A stretch of 64,000 bases of DNA from Candidatus Poribacteria bacterium (GTDB taxonomy: Bacteria; Poribacteria; WGA-4E; PCPOR2b). The DNA lies in contig OZ242351.1 of the NCBI GenBank assembly GCA_965208675.1, forward strand, positions 3,488,001 through 3,552,000. The letters are read 5' to 3'. The notes under the pieces were generated by a model. That model saw only the letters and a program-made list of their open reading frames with translations, did not search any database and had not been told where the DNA came from. The first letter of the stretch is position 1, and each line of letters starts with the position of its first letter. The position numbers and the translations under genes were made by a program. Shown here in pieces: positions 11,555-22,242 of this stretch.

Positions 11555-13078
11555 TTATGGGAAAAAGTTGTTATCTTTGGTGGTTGTGGGACACCATCGG
11601 GCGGCAAAAAGAAAGTGTAACAGGGCTTCTTGCGCTTCAGGTGTGCCAATTCGATGCAGTGCATCAACCGCATTCGCACGGACATACCGATTCTCATCGT
11701 CCAACGCGGCCTTCAATGCCGGCACCGCTTCATGCGCCTGCGTTCCGATCCGAGTCAATGAGAGTGCAGCCGTGAACCTAACCTGAGCATCCGAATCGTG
11801 TAAGGCGTCCGTCAACGCCGGCACAACATCTTTGGGCGGGGATTCAATTATTCCTAATGCCTCAACCATGTTCTGGCGCACCTCCTCTGACGAATCTTTG
11901 AGAAGTTTGGCTAGTTTCGCCACGGTGTCTTGCGTCGCTGACCCAATCTCGCCCAGCGCAAAAGCCGCACCGCCGCGAACCGCGTCAGACTTGTGTTCCA
12001 ACGCGGCTTCCAGCGCAGGAACAGCCGGCGCGCCGGCCGCGCTGAGTGCGTACGCGGCATTCCGCCGCACCGACTCCGACTCGTGATTCAATGCATCTAT
12101 CAACAACGACACAGCGTGGGCGCTAATTTCACCCAACGCGTAGGCGGCGTTGAGACCGACAGCTTCTTGAGTGTCTCCCAGAGATTCTATCAGTGCCGGC
12201 ACAGCGTCTTGGCTGGCTTCATCACTTATCCTTCCCAACGCGTCCACCGCATTGAGGCGGTGGGTAGGGTTCTCATCGCGCAGCGCTTTAATCCATTGGG
12301 ACACATCGCCATTCCCTGACGAATTTGCGCCGTGCGGTGGAGCGCCTTTCTCGCGCAATCGTTCCCTGCCCGACAACCAGTTCCAACAATGCTGCCACAT
12401 TGTCTGAGGTTTTAAGGCTGGGCAGCCATTTTCGACAGGCGACCAGGCCGACATTTCATTGTTCCAAGTGGGTTCTTTCGGCGCATCCATTCGGATGAAT
12501 TGAAATTTCAACATGAACCGATGCTTGTCGGTACGGTTTGCCATCGCCCGGTGCAAAAGGTCATAATGGATAATCGTTACTGTACCGGCTCCACCGAAAA
12601 GCGGCACTCCGGCTTCATCATTTCCATGTTCACCTGTACAGTAATATTGTGTACCCGGTAACACCGCGGTCGGCCCAATGTCTTCGGCGACATCCTGCGG
12701 ATAGTAGAACGCCATTGCCCACCAGGGGCGGTGGTTGCGCATCTTTAAATAACCCCAATAGCTGTCTTTATGCCAACCCTGCGCCTCACTGCCGGGCGAA
12801 TTGTGGTGGGGATGTCGGTGCGGGTGCATGATATAATCCGGACCTAATATACTGGTAAAGGCGCCCCGGATAACCGGTTGATCGAAGACTTCCTGAATCT
12901 CAGGAATCCTCGGCAGCACGTTGTTCCCCGGGTTGCCTTCTTTCTCAACGACCGAGTTAAGCTGCTGGTAGATGTATTCGTGGAAACTAGTGGGAAGATT
13001 CGTCTTGACCGTCACATATCCGTTGACAATGAAATCCCGTATCTGATTGTCATTGAAGAGATATCTGTTATCAAGCAT
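11555..13078 (-). CDS. Phytanoyl-CoA dioxygenase-family (Fe/2OG) domain fused to HEAT repeats
   Basis: FIVNGYV, HxD motif WHKDS, GPTAVLPGT and distal His in LLHRA. The C-terminal half has about 7 HEAT repeats of the VRxxAAxALG type. Confidence 0.85.
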   Translation of the reverse strand: MLDNRYLFNDNQIRDFIVNGYVTVKTNLPTSFHEYIYQQLNSVVEKEGNPGNNVLPRIPEIQEVFDQPVIRGAFTSILGPDYIMHPHRHPHHNSPGSEAQGWHKDSYWGYLKMRNHRPWWAMAFYYPQDVAEDIGPTAVLPGTQYYCTGEHGNDEAGVPLFGGAGTVTIIHYDLLHRAMANRTDKHRFMLKFQFIRMDAPKEPTWNNEMSAWSPVENGCPALKPQTMWQHCWNWLSGRERLREKGAPPHGANSSGNGDVSQWIKALRDENPTHRLNAVDALGRISDEASQDAVPALIESLGDTQEAVGLNAAYALGEISAHAVSLLIDALNHESESVRRNAAYALSAAGAPAVPALEAALEHKSDAVRGGAAFALGEIGSATQDTVAKLAKLLKDSSEEVRQNMVEALGIIESPPKDVVPALTDALHDSDAQVRFTAALSLTRIGTQAHEAVPALKAALDDENRYVRANAVDALHRIGTPEAQEALLHFLFAARWCPTTTKDNNFFP

Positions 13079-13204
13079 TTTTAATTCCTTTTCTTCGTTT
13101 TACATCAGAGGCTATTTTTCGTTGATTGCACAATAATCCATCTTCAGCGTAGTTTAATGCAGTTGAAAATTTGATGCCCAACCGTGATAGTCTGTTTATT
13201 TCTC

Positions 13205-14362
13205 TTATGGTGCAACGACTACCTTCATACACTGCTCGGGTTGCATCGACTTCAGCATTCCCATCTCGGTCTGAGCGAGCGGGTATTCATGTGTCACGAA
13301 TTTCTCAAATGGAAAGCGGTTGGTGTTCCTTTGCATTAGCTCCATGCTAGGCGTGTAGCCGGTGAATGGGTGGTTCGTCATCCCGATAAGCCGGATATTT
13401 TTTGAACAGAAATGGCGGTGCGGACTTAACGATACCTCTCCCGTCTCGACAAAATTGCCAGCTTCAATGTAAACACCGCCTTTGCGCAGCATCTCCAGCC
13501 CTTCAGGCACGACTTCGGCAATACCGGCACATTCCACGACGATGTCCGCGCCGCGCCCATGGGTCAAAGAACGGACGAATTCAATGCGCTCGTCTTGGGT
13601 GGTCTTTGTCACATTGAGGGTGTGGTCAACACCAAATTCCCTAGCGAGGTCGAGGCGGAAATCCGCTCCATCGGTGGCGATAATCTGTCCAGCACCCATC
13701 ATTCGTGCCTTAATGACGTGGCAAATTCCCATTGGGCCGACGCCTTGAATAACAACGGTGCTGCCCGTGGCGAATCCCTCGCCGGTGAGCGTGAAGAACT
13801 CCTTCGTCTTATCCAGGTTGTAGCTAACAGCCATCAGCTCGACCATGACGGCAACTCGCAGCGGAAGTTCTTCGGGAACTTTGTAGAGAAATGCGTTAGG
13901 CAGGATGTACATATATTCCGCCCAACCTCCAAACAGGTGAGGAGGATCTGCGGCGGTAAACGCATTGCCATAACCTTGCAGATTTTCACACCAAGGGAAC
14001 GCAAACGTGTGCCGGCAGTCATAGCATTCGCCGCAAATGACGTCCGGGCACAAGGCGACGCGGTCACCGACCCGCAGCCGTTCCCCGTTGAAGTCGAGGC
14101 GCGGGTTTTTGCTATCGTTGATTTCAGCGACGATTCCAACCACTTCATGCCCCGGAATGATTGGGAACGGGGTATCCGATTCTGCGTCGGTGCCGGCATA
14201 TTGTTTCGTCTCCCCGCGCCAAGTGTGCTTGTCCGTGCCGCAGATGCCGCACATCTCCACCTTGAGGAGCACACCGCCATCTTCCAACTCTGGGAAAGGA
14301 AACTCTTGAATCTCGATTTTTCCCGGGTGCACCATTACCGCCGCTTGGACGACATCGCCCAT
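13205..14362 (-). CDS. Zinc-binding alcohol dehydrogenase (MDR family)
   Basis: CGICGTD, PGHE, CGECYDC...C and QGVGPMG. Confidence 0.92.
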   Translation of the reverse strand: MGDVVQAAVMVHPGKIEIQEFPFPELEDGGVLLKVEMCGICGTDKHTWRGETKQYAGTDAESDTPFPIIPGHEVVGIVAEINDSKNPRLDFNGERLRVGDRVALCPDVICGECYDCRHTFAFPWCENLQGYGNAFTAADPPHLFGGWAEYMYILPNAFLYKVPEELPLRVAVMVELMAVSYNLDKTKEFFTLTGEGFATGSTVVIQGVGPMGICHVIKARMMGAGQIIATDGADFRLDLAREFGVDHTLNVTKTTQDERIEFVRSLTHGRGADIVVECAGIAEVVPEGLEMLRKGGVYIEAGNFVETGEVSLSPHRHFCSKNIRLIGMTNHPFTGYTPSMELMQRNTNRFPFEKFVTHEYPLAQTEMGMLKSMQPEQCMKVVVAP

Positions 14363-14646
14363 AATCTCTGGTCCTTCCTAAAAAATCAGCATAGACAGTA
14401 TCGGCGGATACAGTCTTTTTGTTCCAGTGAGCCGATGCACTGCACGATTCCGACGGGCAGCAGTCCACGACCAAACACTGGACAACTACGGTCCGCGCGC
14501 AGCGGGTAAATTGTATCATACACGGCTAATTATATCAATCATCCTCTGATATATTGCGTGTATGTATGAAACAACTTCTCCCACGGAGGTTTTACCGATA
14601 CCACACTCAAAACGGGGTATAGGAAAGGCAAGACGCTCATAAATGC

Positions 14647-14675
14647 TTGTCACACGGAGAGAAAAGCGTTACAAT
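14647..14675 (+). promoter_or_regulatory. Putative sigma70 promoter upstream of the WD40 gene
   Basis: TTGTCA-N17-TACAAT. Confidence 0.55.
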
Positions 14676-14741
14676 TTAGATGCCGATGGCGTTACATTTT
14701 TGCAACGTTTGCGTCTCGATATTCAATCTCAAGATAGGACA

Positions 14742-14877
14742 ACTATAGTCAATTCCATTCATATTGATATATTTTCGACAGATGCGGTTTCCAAGCACCC
14801 CTGCGGACAGGATAAATACTAGTTCGGTTAGGAAACCAAACCTACCGTGATGTATAGTCGATTATCGGATCTACTAT
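14742..14877. repeat. About 136-bp MITE/REPIN-like element, copy 1
   Basis: Contains the inner pair TGCGGTTTCCAAGCACC ... TCGGTTAGGAAACCAAACCTACC. Aligns in inverted orientation to 22243-22380, e.g. the reverse complement of ACTATAGTCAATTCCATTCATA matches TATGAATGGTATTGACAATAGT. Confidence 0.7.
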
Positions 14878-14913
14878 TAGCGTCGAAACCTCGGAGGAAT
14901 ATTAACAGATTAG

Positions 14914-16785
14914 ATGAATAAGATGTTGTATTTTAGTTTTGCCCTGTTGTTCGTCACAAATTTTTTTCTGCCGGATGCGTTCGCCCAAGATTTCACGCGC
15001 TGGGGTTTGCCTGAAGGTGCGAGTGCGCGACTGGGTAGAGGCTCAATAACAGATGTTGCGTTTTCTCCGGACGGTACGCAACTTGCGGTGGCTAGCAGCG
15101 TCGGGATTTGGCTTTATGATGCACGTACATATCAAGAGACTACCCAATTGACCGGGCATACTTGGGTCAAAAGCGTTGCGTTCAGTCCAGATGGCGGGAC
15201 ACTCGCAAGCGGGAGCGCAAATGGAACCATCCGCCTGTGGGATGCCGCTAACGGAGAATCCCGCAGAACAATCAAGGGGCATACGTCCGATGTTAGGAGC
15301 GTTGTGTTCAGCGCGGATGGCGCGACCCTGGTTAGCGGCGGCGGTTGGGAGGACAATACAATTCGCTTGTGGAGCACGGCTACGGGAGCGTTGCGCACAA
15401 CACTCACGGGGCATGAGTCTGATATTTATTGCGTTGCAATCAGCAGCAGCGGCAAGACAATCGCGAGCGGGAGTAAGGACGGCACAATAATGCTGTGGAA
15501 TGCCGCCACCGGCAAGCTGCGAAGAAAGATTACGAGGCATAGCGGCGGTGTAAGGAGTGTTGTGTTCAGCGCCAATGGAAGGACACTCGCCAGCGCAGGG
15601 GGTTGGAGAGACAACACAATCCGACTGTGGAACGCCGCGAACGGAAAGCTGCGCAAAACGCTCAAGGGACACACTGACGCCGTAACTAGCCTTGCGTTCA
15701 GCCCAGACGGCGCGATGCTCGCTAGCGGCAGTTGGGACAATACTATCCGTGTGTGGGACGCCGCCACTCGGAAAATCCGCATAACACTTGAAGGGCATGC
15801 AGGCGATGTCAACAGTGTGGCGTTCAGCGCGGATGGTGCCACGCTCGCCAGCGGCGGCGGTCGAAAGGACAACACCGTCCGCCTGTGGGACGCTGCCACG
15901 GGTGAGCCGCGGGCAACGCTTTTAGGTTATACGTGCGATGTGTGGAGCGTTGTGTTCAACGCAGACGGCACGACGCTCGCCGCCGGCGGTTGGGACGGCG
16001 CTATCCGCTTGTGGGATGTTGCCAAAGGCGAACCCCGCAAAACCCTCACGGGACATACAGACGAGGTCGATAGCGTTGCGTTCAGCGCCGATGGCGCGAC
16101 ACTTGCCAGCGGGAGTAGAGACGGCACCATCCACTTGTGGGATATTGCCGAGGGTACGATCCGCAAAGAGATTACGGGCCATGCGGGCGATGTCAATAGT
16201 GTTGCGTTCAGCGCCGATGACGCTACACTCGCCAATGACGGGGGTTTGCACGGCACAATTTACCTGTGGAATGCCGCCACGGGCCAGTTTCGCAGCATGC
16301 TCACGGGGCATACGTCCCCGATTAACAGCTTAGTGTTCAGTGCGGATGGCGCCACGCTTGCCAGCGGGAGTTGGGACGCTACCATCCGATTATGGGATGC
16401 CGCCACGGGGGCGCATCGAAAAACGCTAGCAGGGCATACGGAAGCCGTCACGAGTATTGCGTTCAACGCCGACGGCACGGCACTCGCCAGTGAGGGTAGG
16501 GACGGCACCATCCGATTGTGGGATATTGACACCGGAGAGCTCCGCAAAACCCTCACCGGCAAAATGGCGCCCGTCAACAGCATAGCGTTCAGCGCGGATG
16601 GCGCCACGCTCGCCAGCGGGTGCTGGGACGCCGCCATCCGATTGTGGGACATTGACACGGGAGAACTCCGCAGAATACTCACTGGACATACCGGCGGTGT
16701 AACTAGCGTTACCTTTGGAGCCGATGGCGCCACGCTTGCCAGCGGGAGTATGGACGGTACAATTCTGCTCTGGGAACTCCCGTAG
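14914..16785 (+). CDS. Secreted WD40-repeat protein (about 14 repeats)
   Basis: Signal peptide ending DAFAQ, then repeated GH..V.SVAFS.DG.TLASGS.D.TIRLWD units. Confidence 0.93.
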   Translation: MNKMLYFSFALLFVTNFFLPDAFAQDFTRWGLPEGASARLGRGSITDVAFSPDGTQLAVASSVGIWLYDARTYQETTQLTGHTWVKSVAFSPDGGTLASGSANGTIRLWDAANGESRRTIKGHTSDVRSVVFSADGATLVSGGGWEDNTIRLWSTATGALRTTLTGHESDIYCVAISSSGKTIASGSKDGTIMLWNAATGKLRRKITRHSGGVRSVVFSANGRTLASAGGWRDNTIRLWNAANGKLRKTLKGHTDAVTSLAFSPDGAMLASGSWDNTIRVWDAATRKIRITLEGHAGDVNSVAFSADGATLASGGGRKDNTVRLWDAATGEPRATLLGYTCDVWSVVFNADGTTLAAGGWDGAIRLWDVAKGEPRKTLTGHTDEVDSVAFSADGATLASGSRDGTIHLWDIAEGTIRKEITGHAGDVNSVAFSADDATLANDGGLHGTIYLWNAATGQFRSMLTGHTSPINSLVFSADGATLASGSWDATIRLWDAATGAHRKTLAGHTEAVTSIAFNADGTALASEGRDGTIRLWDIDTGELRKTLTGKMAPVNSIAFSADGATLASGCWDAAIRLWDIDTGELRRILTGHTGGVTSVTFGADGATLASGSMDGTILLWELP

Positions 16786-16849
16786 TTACCGTTGAACGGC
16801 TTCTTTCAGAACGACACGCTCACACAAACCCCAAATTCCTACCGATTAC

Positions 16850-17059
16850 GAATATCCACCGCCAAATTTTTTGCGCTTTTCGGTAACATTGTTTTATATG
16901 CACGACACGTCGTACAAGGAACTCTGCGAGTATTTGGAAATCGGAATCAGCGGTGTTGCGGGCCGGCTTTACGACGCTAGGAAACAACTCAACCGACGGT
17001 TATGGGCAATGGTTGAAAACGACGTTTCCACCAACGTACCAAAAACTGCGTCCGTTTAG
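16850..17059 (+). pseudogene. Remnant of an ECF sigma factor region 4 (HTH)
   Basis: PPNFLRFSVTLFYMHDTSYKELCEYLEIGISGVAGRLYDARKQL resembles sigma70 r4 (LP..R.v.tLfY..glSYkEi...L......V.gRL..ARk.L). No region 2 upstream. Confidence 0.6.
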
Positions 17060-17141
17060 ATACAAAAATCGGTCGAAACACCCCGATTTCGAGGAGTCAT
17101 AGGAGTCGAGATTTATAATCGAAACATCTGGAAAACTCGTC

Positions 17142-18719
17142 ATGTCCAATCTTTTTATGAAAACACCCCCGGTTCGCACGGTTAGAGGTAAGGTCACCGA
17201 TGAGCGCGGCAACCCAATCGAAGGGGCACTACTCTGTTCAATATATCACTATCACGAATGCAGAGACGAAAAGCGAAACGAAAACACCGCCGCAACTGAC
17301 GCTGCCGGGGAGTATTCGATCGACAGATGGGTCAACGACCGTCCACTGCTCTACGCAATGGCTGACGGCTATACGACTGGCGTCGTGCATCTCGATTTGG
17401 TCAATCATACTTCGTTCTTAATCAATTTTGTACTCAAGCCCGCCGTCGAAACATCAGGGCGAGTTGTCGATGAAAACGGCGAGCCGGTGGAACGGGCTTA
17501 CGTCGGATTTCACTATCCTCTGCAACAACACGGAGTTTTAGACCCGTGGTCAACATACACCGATGCGGACGGGAGTTTTCATATCTCCGGATTGCCTGAA
17601 GGCACAATGCGAGTCTACACTTCTCACGACGACTATCACAGGACCGACCACAGAACCGACGACTGGCAGGAAATAACGTCAGGCGATACAGATGCCGCAT
17701 TGGTCTTGACACCGAAAACCCTAGCGAAAATCCACGGGCAGGTTGTCGATGCCGAAACGGGAGAATCAATCCCCGATTTCACCTATTTCACAGACAGACC
17801 GTACAAACCCTCAGAAGAGCGGGAAACGGCTTGGAAGGGATTAGAAGCGGATGGGTGTCACGACACATCGGAATCTGGAGAATTTTCCACCAAGGCACTC
17901 GATATTAATTGCGAACTCGATGTCATCGTGACAGCGGACGGATATGCACCGTTTCGCATTTGCAATGTTGTCGTGGGCTGCGAACGGCTTCGATTCCCGC
18001 TGGAGCCGGGCAAAACCGTTCAGGGCCGCGTTGTTGATGCCAAAACAATGCAGCCGATTGCCAACGCGGCGGTCCGCCATTTCTGTGCCGAACGCCCATT
18101 AGTCGATATGCCTGGTGTTCAACGATTAGTTTGGAATGGCCGGTCGGGTGCTAGAAATCAGTATCTAGGCGGACAATCAAGCGTGACCGATGCAGCCGGG
18201 CGTTTCGTTTTCAACACTCTTGGGGCGATGGGCGGCTATCTTTACGTCGAACCGCCTGATGACAGCCAACTTGCACCTTCGGCTGTCGGACCAATCCAAT
18301 TTGATGACGGGGTATCGGAACTCGAGATGGTCATCATGTGTAACTCGGGCGGCACGGTTCAAGGCAAGGTACCGGAACTGCCGGCGGACGAAATCGCTCA
18401 CTACAAGGATTTTCATGCCTGTTCAGCGGCACCAATAGAATCTGTCTGGCTCGCGTCAGACGAGATTCCACACCTTAAGATTGTATGCGGCCAGTTGATA
18501 GCAAGCGACGGGGCACTCAGCCTAGACGAAATGGACTGCGACGAATCATACGAGATACCGGATAACCGTGAAGTTGCTTTTTCGCATGTTATGCCGGGGC
18601 GATGGCGGTTGCAACACTGCACCCACCACCCAGATTTTTTCTATGAAACTGAAGAGATTGAGGTGCTTCCGCTCCAGATTGGGAAAGGTGAGACGATTAC
18701 CGAACCGTTCAAATATTGA
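17142..18719 (+). CDS. Carboxypeptidase regulatory-like (transthyretin-like) repeat protein
   Basis: Repeated G.VVD..G.PI..A...TDA.G.F units (RGKVTDERGNPIEGA, SGRVVDENGEPVERA, HGQVVDAETGESIP, QGRVVDAKTMQPIANA). Confidence 0.75.
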   Translation: MSNLFMKTPPVRTVRGKVTDERGNPIEGALLCSIYHYHECRDEKRNENTAATDAAGEYSIDRWVNDRPLLYAMADGYTTGVVHLDLVNHTSFLINFVLKPAVETSGRVVDENGEPVERAYVGFHYPLQQHGVLDPWSTYTDADGSFHISGLPEGTMRVYTSHDDYHRTDHRTDDWQEITSGDTDAALVLTPKTLAKIHGQVVDAETGESIPDFTYFTDRPYKPSEERETAWKGLEADGCHDTSESGEFSTKALDINCELDVIVTADGYAPFRICNVVVGCERLRFPLEPGKTVQGRVVDAKTMQPIANAAVRHFCAERPLVDMPGVQRLVWNGRSGARNQYLGGQSSVTDAAGRFVFNTLGAMGGYLYVEPPDDSQLAPSAVGPIQFDDGVSELEMVIMCNSGGTVQGKVPELPADEIAHYKDFHACSAAPIESVWLASDEIPHLKIVCGQLIASDGALSLDEMDCDESYEIPDNREVAFSHVMPGRWRLQHCTHHPDFFYETEEIEVLPLQIGKGETITEPFKY

Positions 18720-18891
18720 TACATGGTGCGAATCAGGCACACTGAACCCAACCGGAAACGTTAGGTTTTGGAACAATCTATTCTAGCGCAGTGGCTGCAG
18801 AAATTCTTCAGCGAGGCGGCGGGAAATCAGCGATTGTTGGCAAATCTTCTGACAACTCCGCCGACTCGGTAGTTCGGGATGCAAGCGTCCT

Positions 18892-21800
18892 TTAGACTAG
18901 CGCGGCGCTGCAGATAATCTGCGGCAGGTCTGCGTTCTGGGACTGGATGTCCTGCTGCCTCGTTTTCCATTCCCTCATGTTATGTTGGCGGTAGAGTTGG
19001 CTTAGGTTTCTGAGCAGCGCGTCTCCAGCCACACCGTTTCGGCGCAGCAGATTAAGCTCGCGGTTAAGCGCATCGGTAATGGCGTCTCGGAACGCACGCT
19101 CCAACAAGTTGATTTGCGCTTTAAGGTCTTCGCCGCTCGCCTCCATGTAGATAAGTTGCAACTCACGGATTACATACCGTTGCGCATGCGACAACGAAAG
19201 TTTGTGCTCACGTTCCGCACGACGTGCTCTAATCTCTCGGGCGAATTCTCGCTTGACCCGCATGACGGTTTGATTGTAATCGGCGGGCAATGCGCCGCCA
19301 AGCAGATCAGGTTCGCACTTGATGGTCGTGAGGATGCGAGGGATGTCTCTAGAGATAATCTCGCCTGCTTCGTTCAAGAGAAAGAGTTGCTGATACCGCC
19401 CTGCCTGACAAAAGAGATAGGCGCCCTTTGATTCTCTCGGGAACGCGGCGCGGATGCCGTCTCGAAGATTCGCGATACGTTCAAATTCAGCCGGGTCATC
19501 GCGCTGCAACTGCCGCAGCAACTCTTCCGCCTCATTAAGATCCATCAACTCTTTATCGTCATCGAAGAGGCTCAATTGGTCGCCCTGCCCCTCATAGATG
19601 GCGTACATTGCGGTTTCGTTGAGCTGCTCAGATTCATCAAGGATAGCCGCGTCCTCGCCAATGGTGTCGTGAATCTCTTGAATACGGGAACGGAGAATCT
19701 CACGCAACCCCAAATTCCGTTCGATTCCGGTTTCAGGCAGAAAATTAAAGCCGTAAATCACATCGTGTTCGCTCCCGATACGGTCGATACGGCCGAACCG
19801 CTGGATGAGCCGCACCGGATTCCAGTGGAGGTCGTAGTTGATGATTGTATTCCCGTCTTGGAGGTTCAATCCTTCCGCCAAGACATCGGTGGCGATGAGT
19901 GTGGACAGTTCCGATTCGCCGCGCTGAAATTCGTATTCTGGATTCGCTTTCGGGGCGAACCGCCCCACGGCGCGTTCCTTGCTTTTGTCCCCGCTATAAA
20001 TCACATCAATATCGCCGCGCTCGTTGCCCGGGTTGAGGTTTTTGTATAGATAGTCTGCGGTGTCCGCGTATTCCGTGAAGATTAGGCATTTGCCGCCTCG
20101 CAGCGGGGGTTGTTCCAGGCGGCTTAGCAGCGATTGCAGTTTCGCGTCTTGTTCGGAGGTAATCGGATCGACTAGATTCAAAATTCTCTGCAACAGTGAT
20201 ATATCGTTGGAGAGGTGTTCTTGAAGCAATTCGACATTGAAATCGTCAGCCTTGTACCGATCGGACGCCGCTGCCAAGGCGTCCATTAGGTCTTGCTCTT
20301 CCACGGCGGAGGGTTCGTAAAGAATCGCCTGCGCATCATCGCCAGCGGGTACAATTCCGTTTTCGAGCGCCTCCGCGAAAAGTCTGTGCAGCTTAAGCAG
20401 CCGCCGTATCGTCTGCCTAAAGGCGTGGACGCTGGATTCAAAGCGTTTGAACAGGAGAATTCGCATCAACCCGCGAAGGTTTGCCCCGGATCGCTGCAGG
20501 TCAGCATACGGATCCTGCTTCTGCTTCGACGGGTGGACATAGTTCCAGAGTCCGTAACGTGCATAGGTAAGCTGTCCAGCCGCGAACGAAGCCGAATCTT
20601 TCCCGCGCGGTTTCCCCAAGCGGCCGCGCAACTCATGATAGAGCCCTTGATACGTGTCCTCAATACTGTAGGATACGGTTTCTAAGGAACGGTTAGGAAA
20701 GAACTGCTTATTGCCGCCGACGAGGACGTAAGCCTTTCGACCCCCGTTGAGGTACTGGTGAAATTCAGCCGGGTCGACCGGTTTTTCGGTCTGGGCATCG
20801 AAACCGTACCAGCGCAGGATGTGACTGCGGGTGCGTCGAATCAGAATGTTTCCCAACAGATCGGGGAGCCGCCGCTCGCCCTTCTCAATTTTACGAAAGT
20901 ATTCCCGCAGGTCGGGCGGGTCTATCGGCAAATCGGTGATGTCGTTGGGGTGGAAGAGTTTAATCTGATGGTACACGTCCCAGGCGCTTTTGTTGCGCGG
21001 TGTTGCGGTGAGAAAACAGCATCGCCGTCCAGATGCCAAGAACGTCTGCAGCAACTTATAGCGCTGCGTGTCGGAGTGGCGGAAGTTGTGGCTTTCGTCA
21101 ATCAGCACGAAATTGCGGTCTCGGTATATGACATCGTTAAACACCGAGGACGACACGCCATCCGCGCTCTCAGGGTTTTCTCCGGCACGCTCACGCAACT
21201 TGCCCATGGAAAGGACGCGGGCGTTGAGGTGGTAGACCTCATTGTAGCGTTCCCACATATTGACCAGCGGCGCCGGACAGATAATGAGCGGACGCGCATG
21301 TTCGGTCCATTCAAAGTGCTTGATGATTGACGCGCCGACGTAGCTTTTTCCGAGCCCCACGACATCCGAAACAAAGACACCGCCGTTATCGCGAATAATC
21401 TGCACAGCTTGCCGGACAGCGACCTTTTGAAAATCCGCCAGATCTTTGGTAATGTCATCTTCCCAGAGAACCTCGCGGTCATCACCGCCCTCCAGCCGGT
21501 CTTTTACCAACTCGTACAGCGTCTTCATGTAGATGTCGTAGGGCTTAACGAGCGCGAACCCCCATGAAGCTTTCATCGCCTCCATCAGGGATGCATCGAA
21601 GTCTTCCGATTCGTCCCATAGCTCGTCGAACCAGCGGCAGAGTTCGGCGTGGTTCGCAGCGCCGTGCACAACGACATTGAGTTCGGTGTTATGGTTTAGA
21701 CCGGATAATGTGAGGTTGGACGATCCTATGACAGCGGCTCCCTTTTCGTACCGTCCGTCTTGGCGATAGTCGAAGATGTAGGCTTTTGCGTGCAGCCGTC

Positions 21801-22221
21801 CTTTGGTATAAACCCGCACGAGAAGGCGCTTCTCGGCGATCATCCGTACGATGGATTTGATTAGGGCTTCGGCTTCGTCGGTCTGGTCCATGAACTCCAC
21901 GGACTCGCTGATGTTATCTGCGGTTGCAACGCCCATCTGTCTTGCGTCGGCGCGTTTAACGTAGCGGTGCGCGTCCGCGAACTCGGCGACCTGTTCAAGC
22001 CTTCGATGCCCCTCGGCGAGCTGCTCTAGCGTGTCCCGATCCGTGGTGTTGCCGATAAGCAGACGCAGTTCGTTGACGCCCTGGAGTTCGTCAACAATAC
22101 TCTGGAAGCCCGATAAGAAGAAGTATCCGACGGCAAACCTCGCCTTCTCCGTCGAATCGAGGAGGAGGTTGATGTGTTCAACCAGTTTTTCGTTGCGGTT
22201 GTCGATGATGTCGTGCGGCAT
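18892..22221 (-). CDS. PLD-family nuclease fused to an SNF2-like SF2 helicase
   Basis: FAVGYFF, HAKAYIFD...GSSNLT (HKD-type), Walker A DVVGLGKS, DESH, TATP, TDVLAEGLNLQ and QRFGRIDRIG. Confidence 0.92.
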   Translation of the reverse strand: MPHDIIDNRNEKLVEHINLLLDSTEKARFAVGYFFLSGFQSIVDELQGVNELRLLIGNTTDRDTLEQLAEGHRRLEQVAEFADAHRYVKRADARQMGVATADNISESVEFMDQTDEAEALIKSIVRMIAEKRLLVRVYTKGRLHAKAYIFDYRQDGRYEKGAAVIGSSNLTLSGLNHNTELNVVVHGAANHAELCRWFDELWDESEDFDASLMEAMKASWGFALVKPYDIYMKTLYELVKDRLEGGDDREVLWEDDITKDLADFQKVAVRQAVQIIRDNGGVFVSDVVGLGKSYVGASIIKHFEWTEHARPLIICPAPLVNMWERYNEVYHLNARVLSMGKLRERAGENPESADGVSSSVFNDVIYRDRNFVLIDESHNFRHSDTQRYKLLQTFLASGRRCCFLTATPRNKSAWDVYHQIKLFHPNDITDLPIDPPDLREYFRKIEKGERRLPDLLGNILIRRTRSHILRWYGFDAQTEKPVDPAEFHQYLNGGRKAYVLVGGNKQFFPNRSLETVSYSIEDTYQGLYHELRGRLGKPRGKDSASFAAGQLTYARYGLWNYVHPSKQKQDPYADLQRSGANLRGLMRILLFKRFESSVHAFRQTIRRLLKLHRLFAEALENGIVPAGDDAQAILYEPSAVEEQDLMDALAAASDRYKADDFNVELLQEHLSNDISLLQRILNLVDPITSEQDAKLQSLLSRLEQPPLRGGKCLIFTEYADTADYLYKNLNPGNERGDIDVIYSGDKSKERAVGRFAPKANPEYEFQRGESELSTLIATDVLAEGLNLQDGNTIINYDLHWNPVRLIQRFGRIDRIGSEHDVIYGFNFLPETGIERNLGLREILRSRIQEIHDTIGEDAAILDESEQLNETAMYAIYEGQGDQLSLFDDDKELMDLNEAEELLRQLQRDDPAEFERIANLRDGIRAAFPRESKGAYLFCQAGRYQQLFLLNEAGEIISRDIPRILTTIKCEPDLLGGALPADYNQTVMRVKREFAREIRARRAEREHKLSLSHAQRYVIRELQLIYMEASGEDLKAQINLLERAFRDAITDALNRELNLLRRNGVAGDALLRNLSQLYRQHNMREWKTRQQDIQSQNADLPQIICSAALV

Positions 22222-22242
22222 GGAGCCATCCTATATCTTCTT

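Noticed and set aside
13559-14509. 316-aa plus-strand ORF and similar long antisense ORFs (e.g. 15043-15798, 43997-44809, 60599-61327)
   Set aside because: They are shadows of well-supported genes on the opposite strand and carry no recognisable motifs.
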